A stretch of 64,000 bases of DNA from a bacterium UBP13_UBA5359 (GTDB lineage: Bacteria > UBP13 > UBA5359). Of the stretch, positions 51,594-61,300 are shown piece after piece; positions within the stretch are counted from its first letter, which is position 1, and every line of letters begins with the position of its first letter. Location of the stretch: the NCBI GenBank assembly GCA_002410925.1, contig DHPR01000033.1:206397-270396 (forward strand), given 5' to 3'. The notes below the pieces were generated by a model. It searched no databases. It was not told the DNA's origin and saw only the letters and a list, made by a program, of their open reading frames with translations. The position numbers were made by a program, and so were the translations under genes.

Positions 51594-51958
51594 TATTCAT
51601 TTTTACCGTATTTTTCAATGAAATCCAAGACTGCCGATAGCTTGAAGCGCCTCTGATTTCCTGCTGTCCTGATACTGGGAAGAATGCCTCTATTGGTGTA
51701 CCGACGCACTGTCATTTTACAAACATTCAATATCTTGGCCGTCTCCCCTAGCGTCAGCTCCGGATCTAAAAGGCGCTTGAGCAAGTCTTCGCGGGTTTCC
51801 ATTTCAGAAGCAGAGTGACGCACAGCCTTCTCATGTTTTAACTTGACTTTTGCATATCCTTTATATTCAGGACTTCTGGCATCGCTACATTTATCATCAT
51901 TACTCCTTACAGGCTTTTTAGCTTTACGACTATCCTGCACGTCATTGCCCCCTGCCAT
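51593..51958 (-). CDS. BldC/excisionase-like MerR-type HTH protein
   Basis: LTLGETAKILNVCKMTVRRYTNRGILPSIRTAGNQRRFKLSAV. Confidence 0.85.
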   Translation of the reverse strand: MAGGNDVQDSRKAKKPVRSNDDKCSDARSPEYKGYAKVKLKHEKAVRHSASEMETREDLLKRLLDPELTLGETAKILNVCKMTVRRYTNRGILPSIRTAGNQRRFKLSAVLDFIEKYGKNE

Positions 51959-52144
51959 CGCATGGCTGCTATATACACAACCATTGAATTGTAAAACAAA
52001 TTACCACTATTTTATGTATATTTATTCCATACCACATACTCCATATCCTTCCTCATCAAGGTTTATAATGATTAATCTATGCAGGTTATCGCAGGTTATC
52101 AAAATATACTCAGGTTTTAAGGGTCATTTATAAGACTAAATGCA

Positions 52145-52204
52145 CTACCCCGTTTGTAAGACCGAACGCAACCCCGGGGTGTGCATTTACTTTTTCAAAT
52201 CAGT
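52145..52204. repeat. 60-bp dispersed repeat, copy 2 (inside a larger hairpin)
   Basis: Identical to 22865-22924. Confidence 0.95.
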
Positions 52205-52231
52205 TTCAGGTTTTAAGTTCAATGTGGCGTC

Positions 52232-52260
52232 TTGACAACTATCATATAGAAGGGTATATT
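52232..52260 (+). promoter_or_regulatory. Sigma70 promoter of tRNA-Leu
   Basis: TTGACA-N17-TATATT. Confidence 0.75.
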
Positions 52261-52274
52261 TTTTATTGACATTC

Positions 52275-52361
52275 GGGCGAGTGGTGGAATAGGTAGACAC
52301 GACGGACTTAAAATCCGTTCCCCGCAAGGGGGTGGGGGTTCGATTCCCCCCTTGCCCACCA
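52275..52361 (+). tRNA. tRNA-Leu(TAA)
   Basis: Anticodon arm ACGGA-CTTAAAA-TCCGT, variable arm, GGTTCGA, ACCA end. Confidence 0.96.
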
Positions 52362-52424
52362 TGCAAACAAGCCTGTAGTTATCCAGGTTACAGCTGTAAA
52401 TTCAATTATTGAATTTAAAAAACT

Positions 52425-55016
52425 TTATGAATCCAGAACCTGCCGAATCTTGCCGGTTATATCATCAGGCATAAAGGGCTTCTGGAGAAACGGCGTATTG
52501 CTGTCCAGCCCTTCTAACTCCAGCAGCCCGCTAGCTGTATAGCCTGACATGAAGATAACCTTAAGCTTAGGATTTGTTTTAGATAAGCGGTCATAGAGCT
52601 CTTTGCCGTTAACACCCGGCAAAATGATATCGGTTAGCAAAAGATCTATCTTTCCAGCCATCTCCGCATAAATGCCCAGCGCTTCGTCCGGCCTGGCAGC
52701 GCTTATTACATTATAGCCCTGCTCCATAAGCACTCTTTCAATTAAATTTCTGACCGAAATATCATCCTCAACCAGAAAAATTGTTTCAGTAGCTACAGAT
52801 GCTGTATGTTCCTGTAAAAGAAAGGAGTCTTCCTTACCGCCGTCTTTTGCCGCATACCAAGCCTTCGGAGTCGGCAAATAAATTTTGAATGTCGCGCCGT
52901 ATCCAGGCTCACTTTCTACTTCAATACGGCCGTTATGCTGATTTATAATGCCATAAACGGATGATAATCCAAGTCCGGTGCCCTTACCAACCTCCTTGGT
53001 AGTAAAGAAAGGCTCAAAAATATGCTTCAATGTTTCCTCATCAATGCCGCAGCCGGTATCCGTTACAGAGATAATCACATAATCTCCCTGATCAACTCCT
53101 ACTTTGCCAGGCGGACATTCGAAACCGAGCATGGCGCTTTCAATGGCAATGGTAAGAGTTCCTCCGCCAGGCATAGCATCCCTGGAATTAACAGCTAAAT
53201 TTACAATTACCTGCTCAATTTGCCCAGGATCAGCCTTTACTTTTATCTTCTTCGACGCAGGCTTAAACTCCAGCTCAATATCTTCGCCAATCAGGCGTTT
53301 CAGAAGTTTAACGGTATTGGAAACCAATTCATTAACATCCATTATAACCGGCTCCAATGCCTGCCGGCGGCTGAACGCCAATAGCTGCCTGGTCAATTCT
53401 GCCGCTCTGTCGGATAATTCACGTATCTGCGTCAGATCCTTGCGCATAGGGCTGCCGGCAGGTAGTTTCCGCAGCAGAAGCTGAGTATATCCTGTTACTC
53501 CCGTCAGAAGATTATTAAAGTCATGTGCTACTCCGCCTGCCAGCCTGCCAACGGATTCTAATTTCACTGCCTGCCGGATCTGCTCTTCAAGGTTGAACTG
53601 TTGAGTTATATCATCAATGACCAGCAGGACCTCAGCCGGCTCTCCGGCAGAGCTTATGCTGCGTATGCGTATATTTAAATATTTCATCGTATGGCTCTCT
53701 GAGGTATGCCTCAAATTCAATACTTCCAATTGCCCGCCTGTAACTGCAATATCTTTGAGTTTTACTAGAAGGTCATTCTCCTCCAGGAAAGAGGGTGCCA
53801 TAACCTCGGTAATATTTTTACCCGTTATATCCGATATGCTGAAACCGTGTTCCTCAAGATATTTATAATTTGTCATCAATATATTCAAATTGCCGTCAAG
53901 CAGTAGAATTGAGGAGGGTATCGTGGTCAGGGTATCTTGATAAAGCTGCAAAGCGGATTGCAGACGCTGCTCAGCCGTTGCTCTTTCGGTGATATCATAG
54001 CAGGAACCTATATAGCCGGCAAACTTACCATCCGGATCATAAAAAGGTCTGCCTATATTGACAACCCACCTGTATTCACCATCCTGTCTCCTGAAACGGC
54101 ACTCGGTCTGGAAAGCCAGGCGATCTTTAAAAGCCGCGTGGTAAGCCGCTTCACATGCCTCACGATCCTCAGGATGAACTATCTGTTTCCAGCCATCCTC
54201 AATCTCCTCCTCCATGGATCGCCCTGTAAACCGACGCCAGGTCTTATTAAAATAATTAAACTCTCCGTCCAATCCTGAGCGCCATATAAGGGTGGGAAAT
54301 TCCTCCAAAATGGTAAGATAGTAATCATGCATCCGAACAAGCCCGTCTTCTGCCCGCTTACGTTCACTAATATCCGTCACAAAGCCCTCTACGCCTTCCA
54401 CCACTCCCGGTTGCGCATATAAAACGAGCCCCTTCTCCCAAACCCATCGGTATTCACCTGTTGCAGTCTTTATTCGGTATGTTATTTGAAAAGAGCATCT
54501 CATAAGAAGAGCATGGCTGATCTGCTTTATGACCTCTTCCCGATCATCCGGATGTATGAGAGTTCCATACGCTACATGCCGATTGTTGATTAGATCAACA
54601 GGATGGTAACCCGTAAGCGCCAAGCAGCCGTCACTGATAAAAAGCATTGTTCTTTCATCATCGTTTCGACAACGGTATGCCATCCCAGGAAGATTACTCA
54701 TCAATGTTGACATTTTTCGCTGATTATCGTTTAATATACCCTCAATCCGGCGGCGCTTGGTAAGCATCAAGTGAGCATACATAGATAAGCTCAGGATGAT
54801 AATATCAACAAAAAGCCACTGCCAGAACGCTTGAATATAAACGCTGGACATCTGAAATAACGATGTTTTCCCCTGAATTATGAGTAGATCCACCGTGGCC
54901 TTTATCATGCAGAAAAGTATCAGCAAACCTATGATATGCAACATAACCAGCATGGTACTTGCTCTGTCGAGTGCAGTATACTCTCTGCCGTTATGAGCGC
55001 CGCTACTATTTAACAT
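52425..55016 (-). CDS. Hybrid sensor histidine kinase (2 TM, PAS x3, HisKA, HATPase, receiver)
   Basis: [38 protein letters not shown]...[15 protein letters not shown]...QKPF. Confidence 0.93.
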   Translation of the reverse strand: MLNSSGAHNGREYTALDRASTMLVMLHIIGLLILFCMIKATVDLLIIQGKTSLFQMSSVYIQAFWQWLFVDIIILSLSMYAHLMLTKRRRIEGILNDNQRKMSTLMSNLPGMAYRCRNDDERTMLFISDGCLALTGYHPVDLINNRHVAYGTLIHPDDREEVIKQISHALLMRCSFQITYRIKTATGEYRWVWEKGLVLYAQPGVVEGVEGFVTDISERKRAEDGLVRMHDYYLTILEEFPTLIWRSGLDGEFNYFNKTWRRFTGRSMEEEIEDGWKQIVHPEDREACEAAYHAAFKDRLAFQTECRFRRQDGEYRWVVNIGRPFYDPDGKFAGYIGSCYDITERATAEQRLQSALQLYQDTLTTIPSSILLLDGNLNILMTNYKYLEEHGFSISDITGKNITEVMAPSFLEENDLLVKLKDIAVTGGQLEVLNLRHTSESHTMKYLNIRIRSISSAGEPAEVLLVIDDITQQFNLEEQIRQAVKLESVGRLAGGVAHDFNNLLTGVTGYTQLLLRKLPAGSPMRKDLTQIRELSDRAAELTRQLLAFSRRQALEPVIMDVNELVSNTVKLLKRLIGEDIELEFKPASKKIKVKADPGQIEQVIVNLAVNSRDAMPGGGTLTIAIESAMLGFECPPGKVGVDQGDYVIISVTDTGCGIDEETLKHIFEPFFTTKEVGKGTGLGLSSVYGIINQHNGRIEVESEPGYGATFKIYLPTPKAWYAAKDGGKEDSFLLQEHTASVATETIFLVEDDISVRNLIERVLMEQGYNVISAARPDEALGIYAEMAGKIDLLLTDIILPGVNGKELYDRLSKTNPKLKVIFMSGYTASGLLELEGLDSNTPFLQKPFMPDDITGKIRQVLDS

Positions 55017-55151
55017 GCTAATACCTCTTCAACCGGTTGGCTTTTATTATAGCTGCTTATCTTCGATATATTCTCCAAAGAGGACTTATTAACCTTTGTT
55101 TTTCTTCTTTTTGCTATAAAAAAAGGCATCAGTTTGATGCCTTTTAAGCTC

Positions 55152-55225
<74 letters not shown>

Positions 55226-55231
55226 GAAAAA

Positions 55232-55307
55232 TGGAGCGGAAAACGGGGCTCGAACCCGCGACCCTCAGCTTGGGAAGCTGATGCTCTACCAACTGAGCTA
55301 TTTCCGC
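55232..55307 (-). tRNA. tRNA-Gly(CCC)
   Basis: Anticodon arm TCAGC-TTCCCAA-GCTGA, CCA end. Confidence 0.96.
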
Positions 55308-55422
55308 ACTACCATGATGTTCAATGTGTTGATTTACTAGATTTTATCATCACATAATATAAAAATCAAGGCTCTGTCCGCTATAAACGGGCATGGAGAT
55401 TCATCTTAATCCATGGCCTACT

Positions 55423-56286
55423 TCAAGCGTTAAGGCTGAAGGCACCATATATGCTTTGCAATTTTTTCAGGTTATCACAATCATCAGCAAGAGCGCTTCC
55501 CGGTGTTTCTATGATGAGCGGAAGATCGCCCGGCAGCTTATTTATCCTGAACATGCTGGCAAACCCATCCTCTCCTATATATCCCTCACCTATATTTTCA
55601 TGGCGGTCTTTCCTGGATCCCAACTCCTTCTTGCTGTCATTGGCATGCATCAGACGCAAATTTCCCATACCCGCTGCCTTATCAAAGGCGGTGAAAGTAT
55701 TTAAAGCATCGTCGTCCGTTTTTATGGAGTACCCGGCACCCCACATATGGCACGTATCCAAACAGACACCTAATCTTTTCTTCATTCGGCTGGCTTCCAT
55801 TATAAATCCTAGCTCAGCAAAGTCAGCGCCAGCCGTATTACCGGAGCCGGCGGAATTTTCCAATAGCAGAAAAGGTGATCCTTCTCCCGCCATATCCAGA
55901 GCCATATCAATAGCCGCAGCAATAATAAGAGCTCTTTCCTCCATAGCAAGGGCACATGATCCCAGATGCGTTACCACACCCGCAGCGCCTATTTGAGAAG
56001 CACGCTGCATTTCTCCGGCCAGCGCCTTGATCGATTTCTGCCATAATGCTTCATTCTCGCTGGCAAGATTCAGCAGATAGATTGTATGGGTAAAAACAGG
56101 CCCAAAATCAGCCTCGGCCATCTTCCTCTTGAATAGTTCAGCATCCGCCGCGGGGATGACAGAGCCTTTCCATCCCATGGGATTGGTGCTAAATATCTGC
56201 ATCGTCCGGCACCCCATACCGATAGCCCTCTCAAGCGTGGCGCAAAGTCCTCCACGCATCTGCATATGAACACCGAATCGCATCAT
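55423..56286 (-). CDS. nfo: Endonuclease IV
   Basis: FGVH, QIF, HTIYLLNLAS, LLENSAG, CLDTCH, HANDSK, DRHENIG, IIETP. Confidence 0.95.
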   Translation of the reverse strand: MMRFGVHMQMRGGLCATLERAIGMGCRTMQIFSTNPMGWKGSVIPAADAELFKRKMAEADFGPVFTHTIYLLNLASENEALWQKSIKALAGEMQRASQIGAAGVVTHLGSCALAMEERALIIAAAIDMALDMAGEGSPFLLLENSAGSGNTAGADFAELGFIMEASRMKKRLGVCLDTCHMWGAGYSIKTDDDALNTFTAFDKAAGMGNLRLMHANDSKKELGSRKDRHENIGEGYIGEDGFASMFRINKLPGDLPLIIETPGSALADDCDNLKKLQSIYGAFSLNA

Positions 56287-56750
56287 TTCTCCTGTAACTC
56301 CTGATAGATATGATCATCCAATAGCCTGGCGCTGCTGACCACCCAATTATGGCCTTTCCTGGAAAAATTCACCTGCACTCTGCCATTATACGCTAAGCCC
56401 TCACCCGGCATTATAAGATTGCATTTTAAAACAGCCGTCGCACTCTGTGCGCTCTTGCGCTTCATATTCATTATATCTACATCAACGGTTGGAGTTCCCT
56501 GCTGCCTGAAATACAATATCAAACGCAATTTAATATCTTCATATTTATTACCGTAAGCATCATCGTAGTTACGATCTACTCTGGATATTATTGCTCTTAA
56601 GTCCCTATCGATAACCCCCCTGGAAATCGCAGCTACTGTATCCTCCACGCCATGATTCCAGGGTTGTGCCGGCCGAAGAAAGATAAAATAGAGCATCAAA
56701 AATCCAGCGATGATGACAACGGGTATCAGGTATATGATCTTCAGCTTCAT
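56283..56750 (-). CDS. Membrane-anchored hypothetical protein (possibly NTF2-like)
   Basis: Start MKLKIIYLIPVV, one N-terminal TM segment, DRNYDDAYGNKY...FSRKGHNWVV. Confidence 0.6.
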   Translation of the reverse strand: MKLKIIYLIPVVIIAGFLMLYFIFLRPAQPWNHGVEDTVAAISRGVIDRDLRAIISRVDRNYDDAYGNKYEDIKLRLILYFRQQGTPTVDVDIMNMKRKSAQSATAVLKCNLIMPGEGLAYNGRVQVNFSRKGHNWVVSSARLLDDHIYQELQEK

Positions 56751-57100
56751 CCGGTAGATATCCTCTCTACGCAACATATCTATTTTACATGCCATCAAAT
56801 CAATTTCAACAGTTATGAATGAATCACCGGAACGACAAAAGCATCCTGTATGAGATTCATCATTTTTGCCAAAGGAGGCATGCAAATGCAGTAAAGGAGA
56901 TCCATCGTTCCAATCCCCAGCACCCCCCCTGGGCTCTTCCATGTGCACCCAACAGAGTATTGGAAGAAGCGATTTAGCCTGGGCCCGGCAACGATAGTAG
57001 CGTTATTCACAGCATCCAGGATATAGGCCATTCCGCTTTCGATCTCCTCCTTCATAAAAAGATCTTCTATAGAAGATCTTTTCTTCTTCCGTAGATTGTG
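56751..57100 (-). pseudogene. Frameshifted PPC/DUF296 DNA-binding protein remnant
   Basis: Pieces in different frames: ATIVAGP, GVLGIGT, PLLHLHASFGKNDESHTGC, SFITVEI. Confidence 0.6.
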
Positions 57101-57333
57101 TTCTAGCTACTTTAACCTGCAAAAGTGAGAAAGATGACTCAATATCAAGTTACCTTAAATAATGAGAATGTGCAAGACCTGCTTATCGACACGACACGGC
57201 CCGGTCAGCTTCCTTCCTGCCCTATCCGCCATTTCGCCGACGTTCGATGCTCCTGAACAGGGAAAAGCCAGTTTAGGTGTACTCCACAGGAAGAAGAATT
57301 TTTACCATCGGCCTTCCAATGCATATTTCTTAA

Positions 57334-58032
57334 CTATCTGGCAGTATAAATCAGGTACATACCGCCCAGAATCACCAGCACACCGCAAATGCTCTTAATT
57401 ATGGCTACTCCATGAGATTTCTCATTCCAATTAAGATATCGCTGGACGAATTCCGTCGAAGTTCCGGCAAAGACTATCACGGCACAATGGCCTGCACCGT
57501 AGACTACCAAGAGAAGAATGCCGTATATAAGATTATTGACTGCAGCCTTCAAGCTTACGGCCAGTATCGGTGCCATATAGGCAAAGGTACATGGTCCTAA
57601 CGCTACGCCGAAGATCAGCCCCAGGATAAACGCGGCAAAGAATCCGCGTCGTTTAACGCCGGCGTTCCCCTGCCCTGAAAAGGATATGGGAACAATCCCC
57701 AGCAGATGCAGGCCCACCAAGAAGAATATCAGGGCAACAAAGTAGTTGCCATATCTGCCGATATCGCCCATCATCCGTCCCATAGCAGCAGTCAGCACGC
57801 CTATAAAGGCAATAGTCAGCAGAATTCCAAAAGCAAACAGAGCAGATATCCAGAAAGCCTTGCGCCTGGTAAGGTCGTTCTGCTCGCTGACGAAACCTAC
57901 TATCAAAGGGATACTCGACAAGTGGCACGGGCTGAGGATTACGCTCAGTATCCCCCAAATGAAGGAAGCCGTTAGAGCGATAAGCGCAGAGCCTTCCGCT
58001 GCTCTGGTGAGAGTGATGAACAACTGCTCCAA
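57334..58032 (-). CDS. ccdA: Cytochrome c biogenesis/thiol-disulfide transporter CcdA
   Basis: LSPCHLSSIP and LGPCTFAYMAP cysteine motifs; about 6 TM segments. Confidence 0.9.
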   Translation of the reverse strand: MEQLFITLTRAAEGSALIALTASFIWGILSVILSPCHLSSIPLIVGFVSEQNDLTRRKAFWISALFAFGILLTIAFIGVLTAAMGRMMGDIGRYGNYFVALIFFLVGLHLLGIVPISFSGQGNAGVKRRGFFAAFILGLIFGVALGPCTFAYMAPILAVSLKAAVNNLIYGILLLVVYGAGHCAVIVFAGTSTEFVQRYLNWNEKSHGVAIIKSICGVLVILGGMYLIYTAR

Positions 58033-58033
58033 A

Positions 58034-58984
58034 CTATTTCACCCCTATCTCAGCCAATTTTGAAATGATCTGCTCCCTTGAGAAGAAACCGGTGTGCCGA
58101 AAGACTTCTTTGCCGTCTTTATCGAAGAATACCTGAACAGGAATAGATTCTATCCCATATCTTGCCGCCAATATCTGCTCTTTCCTAACATGCACGAAGA
58201 GAACGTTCAGCTTTCCGGCATACTCTGTCTTCATCGACTCCAAGATCGGAGCCATCATATCGCACGGACGGCAACCATCAGCTCCGAAATCGACAAAAGA
58301 GGGCTTCCCGGACAAACGTGCCTTATCGACAGGATTATCTATAGCGAAAGTATACTGCTTTTCAAGCCAGGTCTTGCTCACTTCAACTGGCCTTCTCTTG
58401 CCGATTGAGGCAATATGGGCATCAATAGTATCCTGGCGCTTAAGCCTCAAAAGATACTGCTTCAAGTCGCTCTTGACCTGCTCAAGCGTCGTTCCACCCA
58501 TCATATCGGCGTTCTTATCGTAAAAATTTTTGAGTTCCTTATCATCTATGTCAACGCCAGCGGTAAGGAAATCGAAATAGGGCTTGAGAAGCTCTGATGT
58601 ATCGGCAGGAAGCTTTTGTTTCTTATCCTTAGCCCAGGCCGTAGCTTCAGCCGCCAACAATTCGCGAGCAGCCCTGTTTTCAAGTATCAGAAAGATATTC
58701 TTTGCCAGCTGGGAACGAAGCTCTTCCGGCGCCTTGGCAACCTCGGCCTGCAGGTCTTTATCGATTATCTTAATGCTGCCTGCCCGCAGCAACATACCGG
58801 TGGGAAGTACGCTTAGCCTGGCTCCGGCCAGCATACCGTTGGTCAGTATAGGGTAAACATCTTTGACTAATTGCTGTGTCTCGTTGATTTGTTCAGCTGC
58901 ATTAACGCCGGCCGTGCCCGTCAACATAAACGTAGTTAAAATGAGCAAGCCTGCAAATGGATTCAGATACTTTGCGCCCGCCAT
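58034..58984 (-). CDS. Exported thioredoxin-domain protein with SurA/PrsA-like helical N-domain
   Basis: Signal peptide, IDDKELKNFYDKN, VDFGADGCRPC, IPVQVFFDKDGKEVFRH. Confidence 0.82.
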   Translation of the reverse strand: MAGAKYLNPFAGLLILTTFMLTGTAGVNAAEQINETQQLVKDVYPILTNGMLAGARLSVLPTGMLLRAGSIKIIDKDLQAEVAKAPEELRSQLAKNIFLILENRAARELLAAEATAWAKDKKQKLPADTSELLKPYFDFLTAGVDIDDKELKNFYDKNADMMGGTTLEQVKSDLKQYLLRLKRQDTIDAHIASIGKRRPVEVSKTWLEKQYTFAIDNPVDKARLSGKPSFVDFGADGCRPCDMMAPILESMKTEYAGKLNVLFVHVRKEQILAARYGIESIPVQVFFDKDGKEVFRHTGFFSREQIISKLAEIGVK

Positions 58985-58985
58985 A

Positions 58986-59627
58986 TTATTTCCTCTTTTC
59001 CAAATTTATACCGTGTGCCTTGAACGTGGACAGGATATCTTCCTTGGGAAAAAAGCCGACATGCCGAAAGACTTCCTTGCCAGTTTCATCAATGAATATC
59101 TGCGTAGGAATGCTGCTGATTCCGTATTTTTCGCCAGCACTGCTGTTTTTCCATACGTCTATAAATTCAACGATTAGCTGCCCCTTATATTCCGTTCTAA
59201 GTTCCTCCAGAACAGGTGCCATCATCTTGCAAGGCACGCACTTTGTCGCACCAAGATCGACCAGCCGAGGCAGCGTTCTCTCTGTCTTGGTCTGCGAACC
59301 AGATTTAGTTTTTACAGGTGATGATATCTTTGCCGTAGTCTTTGAAACAGAAGAACTGTCCTTGTCAGAGCGTTTATCTTTAATACGTATCTCTGCAGCC
59401 TTCTTTTTATGTGCGACGACGACATCAGGAAGCTTCTGATCGCTCTCCAAGCTCTCTTTCGGCTTTGCGTCTTCCGCTTCCACAGTAATATCATTCTCAA
59501 GCGGCGCAGTAGCCGTAACCAAGGAATTACCGATACGATTTCCCTTATCGCTCTTATTTGCCAGGATAGCACCCGCCACCACTATGATGCCGATAACTAT
59601 GGCAATCTTCCACCAGTTGCTTTGCAT
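58986..59627 (-). CDS. Membrane-anchored thioredoxin
   Basis: N-terminal TM, low-complexity linker, LVDLGATKCVPC, IPTQIF. Confidence 0.88.
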   Translation of the reverse strand: MQSNWWKIAIVIGIIVVAGAILANKSDKGNRIGNSLVTATAPLENDITVEAEDAKPKESLESDQKLPDVVVAHKKKAAEIRIKDKRSDKDSSSVSKTTAKISSPVKTKSGSQTKTERTLPRLVDLGATKCVPCKMMAPVLEELRTEYKGQLIVEFIDVWKNSSAGEKYGISSIPTQIFIDETGKEVFRHVGFFPKEDILSTFKAHGINLEKRK

Positions 59628-59661
59628 AACGGCCTTCTCCCCTTTGCGTAAAATACAGCCT

Positions 59662-59914
59662 CTATTTCTCAGCAGCTATAAGCTTCTTGCTCTCATCCGG
59701 AGACAAGAGCTTGCCGACAGACTTAACCTTACCGCCAATGGCTAATTCGGGAGTCATTTAGAAAATTGAACTGCATAATCTCTCGCATATCCTGAATCTT
59801 CTCGATCTCCGTATTAAGTTCTGGCTCTTCTACCGCTTGCTTGACATTAGCCACAAGAGTTTTGCACCTAAGACAACCTGAACCAAGAATCTGTATTTTA
59901 TTTTAGTCTTTCAT
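59662..59914 (-). pseudogene. Small redox-active disulfide protein (MTH895-like) pseudogene
   Basis: MKD*NKIQILGSGCLRCK...EIEKIQDMREIMQFN, then a frameshift to MTPELAIGGKVKSVGKLLS. Confidence 0.8.
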
Positions 59915-60244
59915 TTATTTTACAGACAAAACCGTGGAAGCGGATTGCTTCCGTTTGGCATCTTCGCATATCACCGCATCAACACATCCAAAAAAGTTCA
60001 GAATACACGGCACACGCAAACTATAATAGACCTGCAATCCCTCTTTACGGCAGGAAACTATACCTGCGTTCTTAAGTACCGAGAGATGCCGAGAAACAGT
60101 AGAAATATTGCCGCCAACAAGCTCCTGAAGCTTGCACACGCATACTTCATTATTTGCCAGAGCATCGATGATCATAAGCCTGCTGGGATGTGCCATAGCT
60201 TTGACTATCTGTGCCTTGTATTCGTAGAGCTCCTTATCATACAA
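59915..60244 (-). CDS. ArsR/SmtB-family transcriptional repressor
   Basis: KAMAHPSRL, CVC, STVSRHLSVLKNAGIV, YYSL, CILNFFGC. Confidence 0.93.
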   Translation of the reverse strand: MYDKELYEYKAQIVKAMAHPSRLMIIDALANNEVCVCKLQELVGGNISTVSRHLSVLKNAGIVSCRKEGLQVYYSLRVPCILNFFGCVDAVICEDAKRKQSASTVLSVK

Positions 60245-60273
60245 TTCCTTCCCCTCACCCCTGTAATTTACTA

Positions 60274-60308
60274 ATTTGCATTATAGGCAAATAGTTTGGC
60301 AGTGTCAA
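60274..60308 (-). promoter_or_regulatory. Consensus sigma70 promoter with overlapping ArsR-type operator
   Basis: Minus strand TTGACA(60308-60303)-N17-TATAAT(60285-60280); inverted repeat ATTTGC-N7-GCAAAT (60274-60292) spans the -10. Confidence 0.8.
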
Positions 60309-60465
60309 CAGGCATGCATGTCCCTGTACACTGATTTGCCTCATTGTAAGCCTTTTTATATTCCAAGCATGTTTTTATATCGTCCGTGTATTAATCCATG
60401 CCTGAGCGCTCATCTGGATTGCACCCCAAAAGGTTCCCGGCAGCGGCACATAGTTGATATGAATA

Positions 60466-60516
60466 TGCAGTTCTGTGCCCTCCTTTTCAGTCCGGCAATA
60501 CTTTCTGACGCTGCGC
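60466..60516 (-). pseudogene. Displaced comM-like fragment (putative att-site scar)
   Basis: RSVRKYCRTEKEG versus comM RSVRKYCQMDKEG; 16-bp identical core at 60494-60509 and 61492-61507. Confidence 0.7.
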
Positions 60517-60804
60517 CAAGTTCCAATCCTCCCGATTAATATATTAGCGAACCGTTTTTCGATCATGTCCGGTCTCCCGGGCAATCTCTGAGATATTCAG
60601 CCCTTTTACATAGAACATCTCTCTGATACAATCAATCTTAGCCATTGTAAGCATTCTCCTTTTTCACCTCCTGAAGTCTTTCAACTACAAGGATAGTGAT
60701 TAATTCTGGTGCCTGCAATGGCTTTTGCATTTGTGGGGATTTTATCGTTGCAAAAGTGGGGAATTCTCTTTGTCTCTTTGTCCCTTTTTATTTTGCACTA
60801 AACA
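60517..60804 (-). mobile_element. istA: IS21-family left end plus istA 5' remnant
   Basis: TGTTTAGTGCAAAATAAA terminus at 60804; subterminal TTGCAnnnGTGGGGA repeats (60725, 60748); MLTMAKIDCIREMFYVKGLNISEIARETGHDRKTVR*YINREDW from 60654. Confidence 0.82.
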
Positions 60805-61259
60805 GCGGCTCGGTCTGATGAACTTATGATTTTTATTTCTTCTAATTCTTCTGTTCTTTCGTTATAGATTGTCCATTGAGGTTCCAAGTCTTCTTTAACA
60901 GTCAAACGAATAGTTAGCGCCGTGTTAATGTCATGGTCATGCTCTGGCTCATCAATTATCTCACCATTGTTATCAATAGATCTAAGGTAACCCCCATATT
61001 TTGTATCGCTCCAAAACTCTTCTGGTAAGTCTGTGATTGTAACCGATATGATAATAGGCTTCTTTATTTCACAGTTATAGAAATCATAATCAAAAAGATT
61101 AAGTGAATGGTAAGGATATAATACATACTCAATAGCCTTTAGAACAGTTGACTTCCTGGAATCACCTGGACCAATTAAACAAACCAAATCACTCTTGATC
61201 TTCCAATCAAGCGTTTTTATGCCTCTAGAATTGTTGATCGACAAGTGCCTTATTTTCAT
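60798..61259 (-). pseudogene. Truncated OLD-family/ABC-type ATPase (ATP-dependent endonuclease N-terminus)
   Basis: MKIRHLSINNSRGIK...LIGPGDSRKSTVL...DYDFYN; AT-rich; ends at the IS21 terminus. Confidence 0.8.
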
Positions 61260-61300
61260 GCTAATCTATCCCTTACCCAACTATAATAGCAGAATTGAAC

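Noticed and set aside
51593-51958. HTH gene as a prophage excisionase at tRNA-Leu
   Set aside because: No integrase, phage genes or tRNA 3' duplication nearby, and the gene is coupled to the downstream ligase-like gene.
56751-56948. N-terminal extension of the 221-aa ORF as a real fusion
   Set aside because: Better explained as an in-frame piece of the DUF296 pseudogene ahead of the true start at 56750.
57057-57082. 26-bp palindrome AAAAGATCTTCTATAGAAGATCTTTT
   Set aside because: Lies within the decayed DUF296 5' region and is AT-rich; no function can be supported.
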